The translations under genes and the position numbers were made by a program. From NCBI GenBank assembly GCA_018883185.1, contig VEQP01000007.1, positions 11,199 through 75,198 of the forward strand: a DNA stretch of 64,000 bases, read 5' to 3'. The first letter of the stretch is position 1, and the number at the start of each line of letters is the position of its first letter. The DNA comes from Nevskiaceae bacterium. GTDB lineage: Bacteria > Pseudomonadota > Gammaproteobacteria > Steroidobacterales > Steroidobacteraceae. Under the pieces are notes generated by a model that saw nothing but the letters and a program-made list of their open reading frames with translations, ran no database searches and was not told the origin of the DNA. Shown piece after piece: positions 8,891 to 18,536 of this stretch.

Positions 8891-9016
8891 CGCAAAACCT
8901 CTCGAATGAAAAAGCCGGTACGGCAAGACGGCGGGCATTGTACGGCCGACCGGGCTCTGTGGGCACGGGGTCTGTTGTTAGAATCCACGCTGCGTTTTTT
9001 TCAGAGGGGTGATCCA

Positions 9017-9931
9017 ATGTCTCGTCATATCGAAATTGTCGAAGTCGGTCCGCGCGATGGGCTGCAGAGCGAACCTGGGGTCATGCCCACCTCCGCCAAG
9101 GTGGAGTTCATAGAGCGGCTGATCGACGCAGGCCTTCGACGGCTCGAAGTGACGAGTTTCGTGAATCCGAAGAAAGTGCCGCAGATGGCTGATGCGGAAC
9201 AAGTGTTGGCGGGTCTCAACAAGCGCGCCGATGTGCGCTACGTCGGGCTTGTGCTCAATCAAAAGGGGTTTGAGCGCGCAGTAGCCGCAGGCTGCAACGA
9301 GGTCGGCATGGCGGTGGTCGCGAGCGATACCTTCAATCGACGTAATCAGGGGGTTGGCACTGACGAATCGATCGCGGCCTGGCTCGACATCGCCAAACAG
9401 GCCCACGCGGCCGGGGTACGCCCGCAGGTCACCGTCTCGGCGGCGTTCGGCTGCCCATTTGAGGGCGAGATCGCAGTGGATCGAGTTATTGACGTCGCGC
9501 GCCGCGTCGCCGAAGGCAACCCGCACGAAATTGCGTTTGCAGACACTATCGGTGTCGGAGTTCCGGCACAGGTCACTGAAATCCTAGGTCGCGCGGCGGC
9601 GGCACTGCCGGGGATGCGGCTTCGCGCCCACTTCCACAACACCCGCAACACCGGCCTCGCCAACGCCTATGCAGCTGTGGTGGCGGGTGTCAGCGCGCTC
9701 GACTCCAGCGCGGGTGGTATCGGTGGATGCCCGTTCGCGCCGGCCGCCACGGGCAATATTCCTACCGAGGATCTCGTCTATATGCTCGAACGCTCCGGCT
9801 TCAGCACAGGTGTCGATCTCGACAAATTGATTGCAACGGGGGAGTGGCTGCAGGGCGTGCTCGGACGAAGCATTCCGAGCATGTTGCTGAAGGCAGGAAC
9901 GTTCCCCAAGGCCACGGCGCGGGCGGCCTGA
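9017..9931 (+). CDS. Hydroxymethylglutaryl-CoA lyase-like (HMGL family) acyl-CoA lyase
   Basis: ORF 8717-9931. ATG 9017 is preferred (GAGGGG SD). MSRHIEIVEVGPRDGLQ is the HMGL N-terminal motif. It is divergent from the CoA-transferase. Confidence 0.8.
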   Translation: MSRHIEIVEVGPRDGLQSEPGVMPTSAKVEFIERLIDAGLRRLEVTSFVNPKKVPQMADAEQVLAGLNKRADVRYVGLVLNQKGFERAVAAGCNEVGMAVVASDTFNRRNQGVGTDESIAAWLDIAKQAHAAGVRPQVTVSAAFGCPFEGEIAVDRVIDVARRVAEGNPHEIAFADTIGVGVPAQVTEILGRAAAALPGMRLRAHFHNTRNTGLANAYAAVVAGVSALDSSAGGIGGCPFAPAATGNIPTEDLVYMLERSGFSTGVDLDKLIATGEWLQGVLGRSIPSMLLKAGTFPKATARAA

Positions 9932-10038
9932 CGCGGGGGCAACGGACAAGCGCGCATATGCGGATTGCGTGATGCGCGGCGAGGTCGGATACTCCACAGG
10001 GTTTTCCTTTTTCCCGATAGCGAGCCCAAGGGGGGCGC

Positions 10039-12129
10039 ATGTCATATCGATTGGGTGTAGACGTTGGCGGCACGTTCACGGACCTGCTGCTTGTACAAGA
10101 AAAAACCGGCCAGACCTGGTCGGCCAAGGTTCCTTCGACACCAGCCGATCAATCGATCGGCGTGCTGAACGGCATCAAGCGCGTGTGCGAGAGGGCGGGA
10201 ATCGACCCGAGCCAAATCGACCACGTGATGCACGGCACCACGGTGGCGACGAACACAGTGCTCACCGGCACCGGTGCTCGCTGCGGACTCGTGACGACCA
10301 AAGGGTATCGTCAGGTTCTGCAGATCGCGCGCTCGTTCGTACCGGGTGGCCTCGGCGGCTGGATCATCTACAACAAGTCACTGCCGATGGCGCCGCTCGC
10401 GTGCACCATCGAAGCCGACGAGCGCGTCAGTGCCAAAGGCGAGGTCGTCAAGACGCTTGATGAGAAGGCGCTGCGACAGAGCCTGCGTTCGCTCAAGTCG
10501 CAAAACATCGAAGCGCTGACGGTGTCGCTGATCAACTCGTTCGCGAATCCGGCGCACGAGCGCCGTGTGCGCGAGATCGCGATCGAGGAACTGCCCGGCA
10601 CGCCCGTGTCGATTTCTTCGGACGTCGTGCCGGAAATGCAGGAATACGAGCGTACCGTGACCACGGTTGCCAACTCCTACGTACGCCCGCGCGTCGATCG
10701 CTACGTCAAAAACCTCAAGGCGAAGCTCGGCGAGGTCGCCAAGGACGTCAAGCTGCACATCCTGCGTTCGGATGGCGGTCTGGCATCGGCGTCTTCCGCT
10801 GCCGAGTATCCGGTCAACTTGTTGATGTCCGGCCCCGCGGGTGGCGTGACCGGCGCGCTGTGGGTCGCGGTGCAGGCGGGCTTCCCGAACCTGCTCACCG
10901 TCGACGTCGGCGGCACCTCCACAGACGTGGCGCTCATCCAAGGCGGTCAGCCGCGACTGCGTCGTGAGACCACGGTCGGCGACGTCACGGTTCGTGCATC
11001 GTCGGTCGACATTCGCACCGTTGGTGCGGGCGGGGGCTCGATTGCCCACGTGCCTGAACTGACCAAGGCGCTGCGCGTCGGCCCGCAGTCGGCGGGCGCG
11101 GACCCGGGTCCTGCCGCCTACAACCGTGGTGGTACGGAGCCGACGGTGGCTGATGCCAACATCGTGCTTGGGTATCTGCCGGAAATGCAGAAACTCGGCG
11201 GCGACATGGTGCTCAACCGTGAGCTCGCGCAGACGGCCGTCAAGAAGGTCGGTGATGCGCTCGGACTCAACGTCAAGCAAGCGGCGCAGGGCATCTACAA
11301 CATCGTCAACGAGAACATGGTCGGTGCACTGCGTCTCGTGTCGGTGGAGCAGGGCTACGATCCACGTGATTACGCGCTGATCGCTTTCGGTGGTGCCGGC
11401 CCCTTGCACGCGAACGCACTGTCTCGCCTGCTCGGTTCCTGGCCGTCGATTATCCCGCCGGGCCCGGGCGTGCTCTGTGCGCTCGGCGATGCGACTACGG
11501 CGGTGCGCGACGAGCGTGCGCGCACGTATGTGCGCAAGTTCAGCGAGACGAACAACAAGGAAATCGAGAAGATCCTGAAGACACTCGCGGCCGATGCGTC
11601 CAAGGGCCTCGAGGCCGAGGGCGTCTCTAAGTCGGAAATCACCACGAGCTACCAGGTCGACCTGCGCTATCACGGCCAGGGCTTGCGTTTGACGGTCGAG
11701 GTGAACCTGAAGGACCTGCAGAAAAAGGGCTTGAAGGCGATCTCTGACCAGTTCGACGAGGAGCACAAGCGCCTCTTCACCTTCGCGCTGCCTCTCGAGC
11801 ACGAGCTCGTCACGCTGCGTGCTGCGGTGCAGGGTCAGGGCATCAAGATCAAGCGCCAGCCCCTCGCCAAGGGTGGCACGGATCCGAAGGCTGCCATCGT
11901 CGGCAAGCAGAAGTCGTTCATGGATGGCAAGGACGTGACCGCCATCGTCTACGACCGCGCGAAGCTCAAGGCCGGCAATAAGGTGCGCGGCCCGGCCATC
12001 GTCATGGAAATGGACTCCACTTCGGTGATCCTGCCGAAGCACACCGGCCATGTCGACAAGTCCGGCTGCATTCTGATCTACCCCGACAATTACAAGGCGC
12101 CGAAGAAGGCTGCCGGTAAGAGGAAGTAA
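10039..12129 (+). CDS. hyuA: Hydantoinase/oxoprolinase A subunit (ATP-dependent lactam/hydantoin hydrolase)
   Basis: 696 aa. The N-terminus is RLGVDVGGTFTDLLL. There is a second ATPase motif LLTVDVGGTSTDVAL. It ends in a basic tail KAPKKAAGKRK. Confidence 0.85.
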   Translation: MSYRLGVDVGGTFTDLLLVQEKTGQTWSAKVPSTPADQSIGVLNGIKRVCERAGIDPSQIDHVMHGTTVATNTVLTGTGARCGLVTTKGYRQVLQIARSFVPGGLGGWIIYNKSLPMAPLACTIEADERVSAKGEVVKTLDEKALRQSLRSLKSQNIEALTVSLINSFANPAHERRVREIAIEELPGTPVSISSDVVPEMQEYERTVTTVANSYVRPRVDRYVKNLKAKLGEVAKDVKLHILRSDGGLASASSAAEYPVNLLMSGPAGGVTGALWVAVQAGFPNLLTVDVGGTSTDVALIQGGQPRLRRETTVGDVTVRASSVDIRTVGAGGGSIAHVPELTKALRVGPQSAGADPGPAAYNRGGTEPTVADANIVLGYLPEMQKLGGDMVLNRELAQTAVKKVGDALGLNVKQAAQGIYNIVNENMVGALRLVSVEQGYDPRDYALIAFGGAGPLHANALSRLLGSWPSIIPPGPGVLCALGDATTAVRDERARTYVRKFSETNNKEIEKILKTLAADASKGLEAEGVSKSEITTSYQVDLRYHGQGLRLTVEVNLKDLQKKGLKAISDQFDEEHKRLFTFALPLEHELVTLRAAVQGQGIKIKRQPLAKGGTDPKAAIVGKQKSFMDGKDVTAIVYDRAKLKAGNKVRGPAIVMEMDSTSVILPKHTGHVDKSGCILIYPDNYKAPKKAAGKRK

Positions 12130-12133
12130 TCCC

Positions 12134-14050
12134 ATGCCCGCAACAATCATTCAACGCAACAAGAAGCCCTTCAAGAAGACGAAGGTAGACACCGTCACCA
12201 TCGATATCATCGAAAGTGCGCTGCGCAATGCGCGCTACGAGATGGACACGGTGCTGTTCCGCACGGCGATGTCGCCGGGCATCCGCGAGCAGCACGACGA
12301 ATTCCCGATGATCGCCAACACCGAAGGCAAGATGGTCGTCGGTCAGTTCGGCTCGTTCATTTGGGGTTTCATGCAGGGCTACGACGGCACGGTGGAAGAG
12401 GGCGATATCTTCCTGACGTCCGATCCGTACTCGGTCAACGGCGCTATCAGCCATGCCAACGACTGGCTGATGCTGATGCCTGTTTATCGTGGCGGTCGTA
12501 TCGTGGCTTGGACGGCGATGTTCGGTCACATGACCGACGTCGGCGGCAAAGTCCCAGGCTCGCTGCCCACCGACGGCACCACCATCTATGAAGATGGCAT
12601 CGTGGTGCCGCCCACCAAGATCTACAACAAAGGCAAGCTCAACGAAGATGTGCTGCGCGTCGTGCTGCACAACTGCCGCCTGCCGGAGTGGAACCTGTCG
12701 GACTTCAACGCGATCACGGCGGCTCTGCGCACTGCCGCCACGCGCTGCGTCGAGATCGCTGAGCGTTTCGGCGATGACGTGTTCTACTCAGCCATGGACG
12801 CCATGCTCGAGCGCAATAAGCGCGCGATGCGCGCGCTCATCCGCCAGAACGTGCCCGAGAGCAAGCAGTACTTCGAGGACTACATCTGCGACGACGGCCT
12901 GAACATGGGCCCGTACCGCATCAAGTGCAGCATGTGGCGCGAGGGTGACAAGTGCATCTTCGACTTCACGGGTACCGATCCGCAGTCGATTTCTTCGATC
13001 AACTTCCTGTTGAACGAAGAAATGTTCAAGATGTTCGCGGGCATCTACATGATTATGGTGTTCGACCCGCAGATCCTCTTCAACGACGGGTTCTACGACC
13101 TCATGGAAGTGCGCATCCCGCCGGGCACGCTGCTCAAGCCTTTGAAGCCCGCCGCACTCTCTTGCCGTACGCACGCCTTGGGTCGAATTTTCGACATCCT
13201 GGCGGGCCTGCTCGGTCAGGGCAACCCGGACTTCATGTGCGGCGCCGGCTTCTCGGACAGCCCGCACTTCATGTACTCGGGCTACAACAAGGATGGTGAG
13301 TGGTATCAGCTGTACCAGATCACTTTCGGTGGCATCCCGGGCAAGCCCTTTGGCGACGGACCGGACGGGCACTCGTTGTGGCCCTCGTTCACCAACGTGC
13401 CGAACGAGTTCCTCGAGAGTTACTTCCCGCTGCGCATCGACATCTACGAAACGATCGCGGACACGGGCGGTGCCGGCAAGAACCGCGGCGGCAACGGCCT
13501 GCGCATCGGCTATCGGTTCCTGGAGCCCGGCGAGATTTCGATCCACGACGATCGCTGGCTGACCTACCCCTGGGGTGCGAACGGTGGCGAGCCCGGCGCT
13601 CGCAGCCGCAAGCTCCTCCAGCGCGCCAACGGCACGGAGGAGTTGCTGCCCTCGAAGATTGACCACGTCAAGGTTGAGGCCGGTGATCTGCTGATCGCCG
13701 ACACCTGGGGCGGTGGTGGCTGGGGCGATCCGCTCGAGCGTGCTGCTTCGCAGGTAGCTTTCGACGTCGTTGCGGGTCTGGTGACCGTCAACGGCGCCAA
13801 GCGGTACGGCGTCGTCGTCAGCGCTGATGGCGTGGTCGACGAAAAGGCCACCGAAGCCCTGCGCGCCAAGATGCGTTCGAACCGCGGCGCGAAGAAGATC
13901 TTCGATCGCGGCTTCGAGTCCATCGAGGAACTCAAGGCTCGCTGCAAGGCGGAGACCGGCTTCGATCCTCCGGGTCAGCCACGCTTCACCAAGTGGGCGG
14001 CCGTCGCAGCCGAGGCACTCATGAAGAAGAAGGGCATCAAGGCTGCCTGA
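12134..14050 (+). CDS. hyuB: Hydantoinase B/oxoprolinase subunit
   Basis: 638 aa. Starts 4 nt after hyuA with an AGGAAG SD. DTVTIDIIESALRNARYEMD is a typical HyuB N-terminus. Confidence 0.85.
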   Translation: MPATIIQRNKKPFKKTKVDTVTIDIIESALRNARYEMDTVLFRTAMSPGIREQHDEFPMIANTEGKMVVGQFGSFIWGFMQGYDGTVEEGDIFLTSDPYSVNGAISHANDWLMLMPVYRGGRIVAWTAMFGHMTDVGGKVPGSLPTDGTTIYEDGIVVPPTKIYNKGKLNEDVLRVVLHNCRLPEWNLSDFNAITAALRTAATRCVEIAERFGDDVFYSAMDAMLERNKRAMRALIRQNVPESKQYFEDYICDDGLNMGPYRIKCSMWREGDKCIFDFTGTDPQSISSINFLLNEEMFKMFAGIYMIMVFDPQILFNDGFYDLMEVRIPPGTLLKPLKPAALSCRTHALGRIFDILAGLLGQGNPDFMCGAGFSDSPHFMYSGYNKDGEWYQLYQITFGGIPGKPFGDGPDGHSLWPSFTNVPNEFLESYFPLRIDIYETIADTGGAGKNRGGNGLRIGYRFLEPGEISIHDDRWLTYPWGANGGEPGARSRKLLQRANGTEELLPSKIDHVKVEAGDLLIADTWGGGGWGDPLERAASQVAFDVVAGLVTVNGAKRYGVVVSADGVVDEKATEALRAKMRSNRGAKKIFDRGFESIEELKARCKAETGFDPPGQPRFTKWAAVAAEALMKKKGIKAA

Positions 14051-14081
14051 GGCCTCTTCGCGTTCTCAACGACGACATACA

Positions 14082-14115
14082 GTCCCCGCTCCGAGAGGTG
14101 CGGGGACTTTTTTTT
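14082..14115 (+). terminator. Rho-independent terminator after hyuB
   Basis: 8-bp stem GTCCCCGC (14082-14089) / GCGGGGAC (14100-14107) followed by 8 T (14108-14115). Confidence 0.75.
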
Positions 14116-14127
14116 GGCAGGTGCATC

Positions 14128-14775
14128 GTGTCCGATCAATACACTTCCGTAGGCTACAGCTCGACCTCCGTCGGTATGGGCACAAAGCCCGCCGTTCTGG
14201 TGGTCGACTGGCAGCTGGCTTTCACCGATCCGCGATTCGAGCTTGGTGGTCTAGCTCGCCTCCATGCCGCCCGGGATAACACCGCTCTGCTTTTGAGCAA
14301 GGCCCGTGCGCACGGAATACCTGTGGCGGCGTGCTTCACGGCCTATTGCAGCAGCAAAGATATGCCGCTGTGGAAAGTTGCCGCTGTACGCAAGGAGTTT
14401 TTCTACGGTCATGAATGCACCGCCATGGATCCTAAAATCTTCGATGAGCGCGACTTCACATACTGCAAGAATGCACCGTCGATGTTCTTTCAGACGCCGC
14501 TCATCACCTGGCTAGTGCGGCAAAACATCGACACACTGTTCGTCACCGGCTGCACCACCAGCGGCTGCGTCCGCGCGACCATCGTCGATGGCTTTTCCTT
14601 CGGCTTTCGCGTGCAGGTGGTGGCCGATTGCTGCGGCGACGCGGAGGAGGGGCCGCATAACGATACCTTGCGGGATGTCGGGCGACGCTACGCGGATGTG
14701 ATTGATCGCGCCACGGCAGAGCGACACCTCACGGCTGTCGGTAGTCAGGTTGCCGGTCGCGGTGCGATAGCGTGA
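14128..14775 (+). CDS. Isochorismatase-family cysteine hydrolase (second copy)
   Basis: ORF 13993-14775 overlaps hyuB and the terminator. GTG 14128 is preferred because VSDQYTSVGYSSTSVGMGTKPAVLVVDW aligns with the N-terminus of 7020-7664. ATG 14176 is the alternative. Catalytic block is GCTTSGCVRAT. Confidence 0.7.
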   Translation: MSDQYTSVGYSSTSVGMGTKPAVLVVDWQLAFTDPRFELGGLARLHAARDNTALLLSKARAHGIPVAACFTAYCSSKDMPLWKVAAVRKEFFYGHECTAMDPKIFDERDFTYCKNAPSMFFQTPLITWLVRQNIDTLFVTGCTTSGCVRATIVDGFSFGFRVQVVADCCGDAEEGPHNDTLRDVGRRYADVIDRATAERHLTAVGSQVAGRGAIA

Positions 14776-16214
14776 GCCTGCAACGCGTCGGTTTGTGGTT
14801 GGGCGTGGCCTTGTTCACGGCGATGCTCTTGCTGCCGGCGCCCGAGGGCTTGTCTGCTGCGGGCTGGCGCGTGGCAGCCGTGACCGTGCTCATCGGGTGT
14901 TGGTGGTTCACCGAAGCGGTTCCGGTCACCTTGACCGGCAGCTTGCCATTTTTATTGCTGCCGTTGCTGGGGGTCACCAAGCCCGAGGCCGTGGCGGGCC
15001 AATACATGTCGCCAGTATTGTTTTTGATTCTCGGTGGCTCCGTACTCGGTCTTGCGTTTGAAAAGTGGAACCTGCACCGGCGAATGGCGTTGTTTGTTGT
15101 CTCGCGCTCGAGCGCGCAACCGCGCGCCTTGCTGCTGGCGATCATGAGTGTCACGGCCTTCGTCTCGATGTGGGTCAACAATTCGGCCACCACCGTGATG
15201 ATGCTGCCAATTGCCATTGCAGCACTCGGGGCCGTCGCGGGGCCAGCAGACGATCCATCGGCCGACGTCGGTCGACGAAATTTTGCAGCGGCGATGATTC
15301 TGTCGGTGTCATTCGCGTCAAACATCGGTGGTTTCGCCACCCCGATCGGCACGCCCGTCAACTCGATTGCCATGGGCATCCTCGATCGGACCTACGGACT
15401 CGAGATTTCCTTCGCGCAATGGATGGCATTCGGAATTCCCTTCACCCTGATCGGCATCCCCGTGTGCTGGTGGATTCTGTGTCGCTGGATCATGCCTTTT
15501 GATTTCTCGGGCGGAAGCCGTGACCAGGTGAGGGCGGCGATCGGTGATTGCGGACCCCTCGGCACCCCTGAGCGGCGCGTACTTGCCATCGTGCTGCTGG
15601 TAGCTGGGGCTTGGGTCTTTCTGCCCTTTCTCGAAAAGCGCATCCCAGGATTGACCGATGCCGGCGTCGCCGTGGCTGGAGCCTTGCTCGTGTGCATCAT
15701 GCCTTCCGGTGCACGCGGCGCTGGGGCGCCGGCCCGACTGCTCGATTGGAACGACGCCAAGCAGGCGCCTTGGTATCTGATCCTGCTGCTCGGCGGTGGT
15801 GTTGCGCTCGCCGATTCGGTGGTGAAATCAGGTCTCAGCGCGTGGCTAGGTACCGCACTTGCGGCGTTCAGCGATCTGCCGCTGCTGCCCATGCTGTTCG
15901 GCATCGCACTCATGTGTGCACTGATCACTGAGGCGGCGAGCAATGTGGCGACCGCAACGATTTTCATGCCGATCGCGGCCGGACTCGCGCTTGGCGCCAA
16001 TTACGATCCGCTGCTCGCGGCGCTCGCTGCAGGCATGGCGGCGAATCTGGGCTTCGCGAACCCCGCGGCGACCTCATCTAACGCGCTCGTGTATTCGACT
16101 GGAAGAATACCCATCACCGGCATGCTCAAGGCGGGCTTGCTGTTTGATCTGGCGGGTGCGGTCCTGATCGCGCTGCTTTGCCTGTGGGTCGTGCCCCTGC
16201 TGCCGCTAGGTTGA
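14772..16214 (+). CDS. DASS/SLC13-family anion:sodium symporter
   Basis: 480 aa and polytopic. Contains SNIGGFATPIGTPVN and a repeated ...ANLGFANPAATSSN hairpin motif typical of DASS carriers. The GTG start overlaps the upstream stop (GTGA). Confidence 0.8.
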   Translation: MSLQRVGLWLGVALFTAMLLLPAPEGLSAAGWRVAAVTVLIGCWWFTEAVPVTLTGSLPFLLLPLLGVTKPEAVAGQYMSPVLFLILGGSVLGLAFEKWNLHRRMALFVVSRSSAQPRALLLAIMSVTAFVSMWVNNSATTVMMLPIAIAALGAVAGPADDPSADVGRRNFAAAMILSVSFASNIGGFATPIGTPVNSIAMGILDRTYGLEISFAQWMAFGIPFTLIGIPVCWWILCRWIMPFDFSGGSRDQVRAAIGDCGPLGTPERRVLAIVLLVAGAWVFLPFLEKRIPGLTDAGVAVAGALLVCIMPSGARGAGAPARLLDWNDAKQAPWYLILLLGGGVALADSVVKSGLSAWLGTALAAFSDLPLLPMLFGIALMCALITEAASNVATATIFMPIAAGLALGANYDPLLAALAAGMAANLGFANPAATSSNALVYSTGRIPITGMLKAGLLFDLAGAVLIALLCLWVVPLLPLG

Positions 16215-16244
16215 CGATCAGCACTGACCAATGAGCACGCCGCA

Positions 16245-16892
16245 ATGAGCACGAACCGAGTGCCCTCGCTTGCGGTCATCTGGACCTTGCCCGCACTCGC
16301 GGGAGCCATTCAAGGGGCGGCGCTCGCCGGTGGACTGAGTGGCTGGGCGCTGGCCCTGGCGTTGCTTCCGGGTATGCTCCTGCAGCTTGCAATCAAAGAT
16401 TTGGGTGAGCGTTTCGGACGATGGCGGGAGCTGGCAGCGTTCATGCTCGGAGGCTACCTGCCCGCGTTGCTGGGCTGCGGACTGCAGTCGGGGGTTTGGC
16501 TCGATCGACGCACATTGATCTTGGCGACACCCATTGCCATGTGGCTCTCAGCCGCCGTGCTGGTGGATGGGGTCCGGCGGGCGCGGGCGCTGAGCGCTGC
16601 CGGTCGCAGTAATCTGGCCTCGAGTATGGGGGACTCGGCTGCACGCTCGGCCTATCTCGGCTTGCACACCTCAGCGCTCATTATTTTGGGATTTGCGATC
16701 GTGGCCGATCAGGTGCACTGGGGCATGATCGTGCTGCCGTTTGCGGTGTTTCGCATCGCCGCGAGTGCCGCCGATGCAATCTTGAGCGGCATCGAATTCG
16801 AGCGCAGCGTCGAGGAGGCCTGGGAGATTTCCTTGAAGGCCTATCTCGTGGGCGCTGTGTGGGTCACGGGGTGGAGCATGGCGCCCGCCTAG
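16245..16892 (+). CDS. Hydrophobic membrane protein, unknown function
   Basis: 215 aa with several predicted TM segments. No motif recognised. Confidence 0.45.
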   Translation: MSTNRVPSLAVIWTLPALAGAIQGAALAGGLSGWALALALLPGMLLQLAIKDLGERFGRWRELAAFMLGGYLPALLGCGLQSGVWLDRRTLILATPIAMWLSAAVLVDGVRRARALSAAGRSNLASSMGDSAARSAYLGLHTSALIILGFAIVADQVHWGMIVLPFAVFRIAASAADAILSGIEFERSVEEAWEISLKAYLVGAVWVTGWSMAPA

Positions 16893-16904
16893 TCGCGGCC
16901 ACGC

Positions 16905-17660
16905 CTACAAACTCGTACCGTGTGTGGCGAGCCAGCGGCGGAGCATACCCGCCGTGTAATGGCCCGACAGCCGTGCCAGCTCAAATATATCGACCGGGTT
17001 AACACGCTCGTCCGCGTGATCCGAGATCACCCGCAGACAGGCGAAAGGCACGCCGAATTCGTAGCAGACCTGAGCGACTGCGGCGCCCTCCATCTCCACA
17101 CAGACGGCACTCGGCACACGGCTGCGTACACGCTCGCGCGCGGCGCGATCACCAATCACCTGGTCGCCCGTGGCGATATCGCCGACCAGGCTGCGCCGGT
17201 TAGGCGCGAGGCGTCGCGCTTGCTCGCCGAGAGTCCGTTGTAGATCTTCGGCCATGAAGCCATCGAGCGCGGTGTGCAGTTGCGCGGTAAATGTGGCGTC
17301 CGCCGGTAGCGCTGCGGTGTTCAGCAGCGGCACGTGTGTGGGCGGGAAGAACGGTGAGGCGTCGAGATCGTGCTGGTAAAGGTTCCGCGCGAGTACGACA
17401 TCACCGATGCCAAGTTCATCACGCAGCGACCCGGCGATGCCGGTGAAGAGCACTCGGGACGGACGGGCGGTAGTGATCAGGTGCGCGGCCGTTGCCGCCG
17501 CAGCGACCTTGCCCCAACGAGAAAACGCCAGCGTGACGGGCAAGCCCTCAAAGCGCCCGGCAGCAACCTCGCGGCCGCCGCTTTGGATGCGGCTCACGGG
17601 ATCCAGGGTAGGAAGCAGGGCTTCGATCTCCTGCGGCATGGCGCTCAATATCAGCAACAT
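16905..17660 (-). CDS. mtnN: 5'-methylthioadenosine/S-adenosylhomocysteine nucleosidase
   Basis: 251 aa. MLLILSAMPQEIEAL start and the VEMEGAAVAQVC block of the PNP_UDP_1/Pfs family. Confidence 0.75.
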   Translation of the reverse strand: MLLILSAMPQEIEALLPTLDPVSRIQSGGREVAAGRFEGLPVTLAFSRWGKVAAAATAAHLITTARPSRVLFTGIAGSLRDELGIGDVVLARNLYQHDLDASPFFPPTHVPLLNTAALPADATFTAQLHTALDGFMAEDLQRTLGEQARRLAPNRRSLVGDIATGDQVIGDRAARERVRSRVPSAVCVEMEGAAVAQVCYEFGVPFACLRVISDHADERVNPVDIFELARLSGHYTAGMLRRWLATHGTSL

Positions 17661-17776
17661 GGCTTATCCCGGTGTCGCTCCAAGCATCCAAGTGTAATTT
17701 AACATAATATACATTATGCGCATTTCGAGTTCAGCCGCTCATTGCGTAACATAGCGCACCAACCGCGGAGATCCTC
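17661..17776. promoter_or_regulatory. Divergent promoter region mtnN / EEP gene with an AT-rich core and inverted repeat
   Basis: The 24-nt stretch 17695-17718 has only 3 G/C in a GC-rich genome. It contains CATAAT-N4-ATTATG (17703-17718). Confidence 0.3.
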
Positions 17777-18535
17777 TTGCGTCTCGTCGTCTACAACATC
17801 CGCTACGCCACCGGCACCGGTCCAGCGTTCCATTTGCCTTTGCCCGGCGCCGGTTATCTACGCAGTTCGCCACGGGTTCTCGACGACATCACGCATTTTC
17901 TACGAGCGCAGGACCCGGACATCGTCGGTTTACTGGAGGTTGACAGCGGCTCGATGCGCAGCGGCCTCGTGAACCAAGCGCATTACATCGCCGACCGCAT
18001 TGGGCATTACACCGCCTACGAGTGCAAGTATGGATCGGCCTCGCTCAACCAATTGATGCCGGTCGTGCGCAAGCAAGGCAACGCCTTGCTTGCCGCCCCG
18101 CGGGTCGAAGGCGAACGTTTTCATTACTTCCGCCAAGGCATAAAACGCCTGATCATCGAAATCGAACTCGATGATGTGTGCATCTTCCTCGTGCATCTTT
18201 CGTTGAAATATCGCCACCGACAGGAGCAACTTGCACACTTGCACGATCTCATCGTGGCGGCGCGCAAGCCGGTGATCGTTGCGGGCGATTTCAATACTTT
18301 CACCGGCCAGCAGGAACTGTTCTTGTTCATGCGCGCCGCGGGGCTACGCAGCGCCAATGCGCTCGGCTTGCCGTCATTTCCGTCGACTCGACCACGCTTC
18401 GAGCTCGATTTCGTGCTGGTCAGCCGCGACATCGAAGTGTTGGATTTTCGCGTCCCGGACATACGTTATTCCGACCATCGCCCGGTAATCTGCGACTTTA
18501 AAATCAACCGCGTCACCCAAGCGAGCGCCGCCTGA
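17777..18535 (+). CDS. Endonuclease/exonuclease/phosphatase (EEP) family protein
   Basis: 252 aa. RLVVYNIRYATG start, VAGDFN and SDHRPV motifs. TTG start with GGAG 6 nt upstream. Confidence 0.7.
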   Translation: MRLVVYNIRYATGTGPAFHLPLPGAGYLRSSPRVLDDITHFLRAQDPDIVGLLEVDSGSMRSGLVNQAHYIADRIGHYTAYECKYGSASLNQLMPVVRKQGNALLAAPRVEGERFHYFRQGIKRLIIEIELDDVCIFLVHLSLKYRHRQEQLAHLHDLIVAARKPVIVAGDFNTFTGQQELFLFMRAAGLRSANALGLPSFPSTRPRFELDFVLVSRDIEVLDFRVPDIRYSDHRPVICDFKINRVTQASAA

Positions 18536-18536
18536 C

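Noticed and set aside
8717-9016. Long 5' extensions of several tracked ORFs (8717, 13993, 22179-23450 upper part, 28121, 28795, 31330, 33705, 60339, 7102, 8938, 26815).
   Set aside because: The extensions overlap the neighbouring gene or a terminator. An internal start with an SD sequence, or one matching the family N-terminus, exists in every case. Shorter coordinates were used.
9953-9962. Perfect 10-bp palindrome CGCATATGCG upstream of hyuA as a candidate operator.
   Set aside because: It is too short and occurs once, with no second half-site or repeat nearby, so it cannot be distinguished from chance.
10378-12150. 590-aa ORF on the minus strand, fully antisense to hyuA.
   Set aside because: It has an Arg/Gly/Asp/Leu-rich low-complexity composition, no recognisable motif, no RBS context, and complete overlap with a gene that has strong family signatures. 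This is the typical stop-poor antisense frame of a GC-rich genome.
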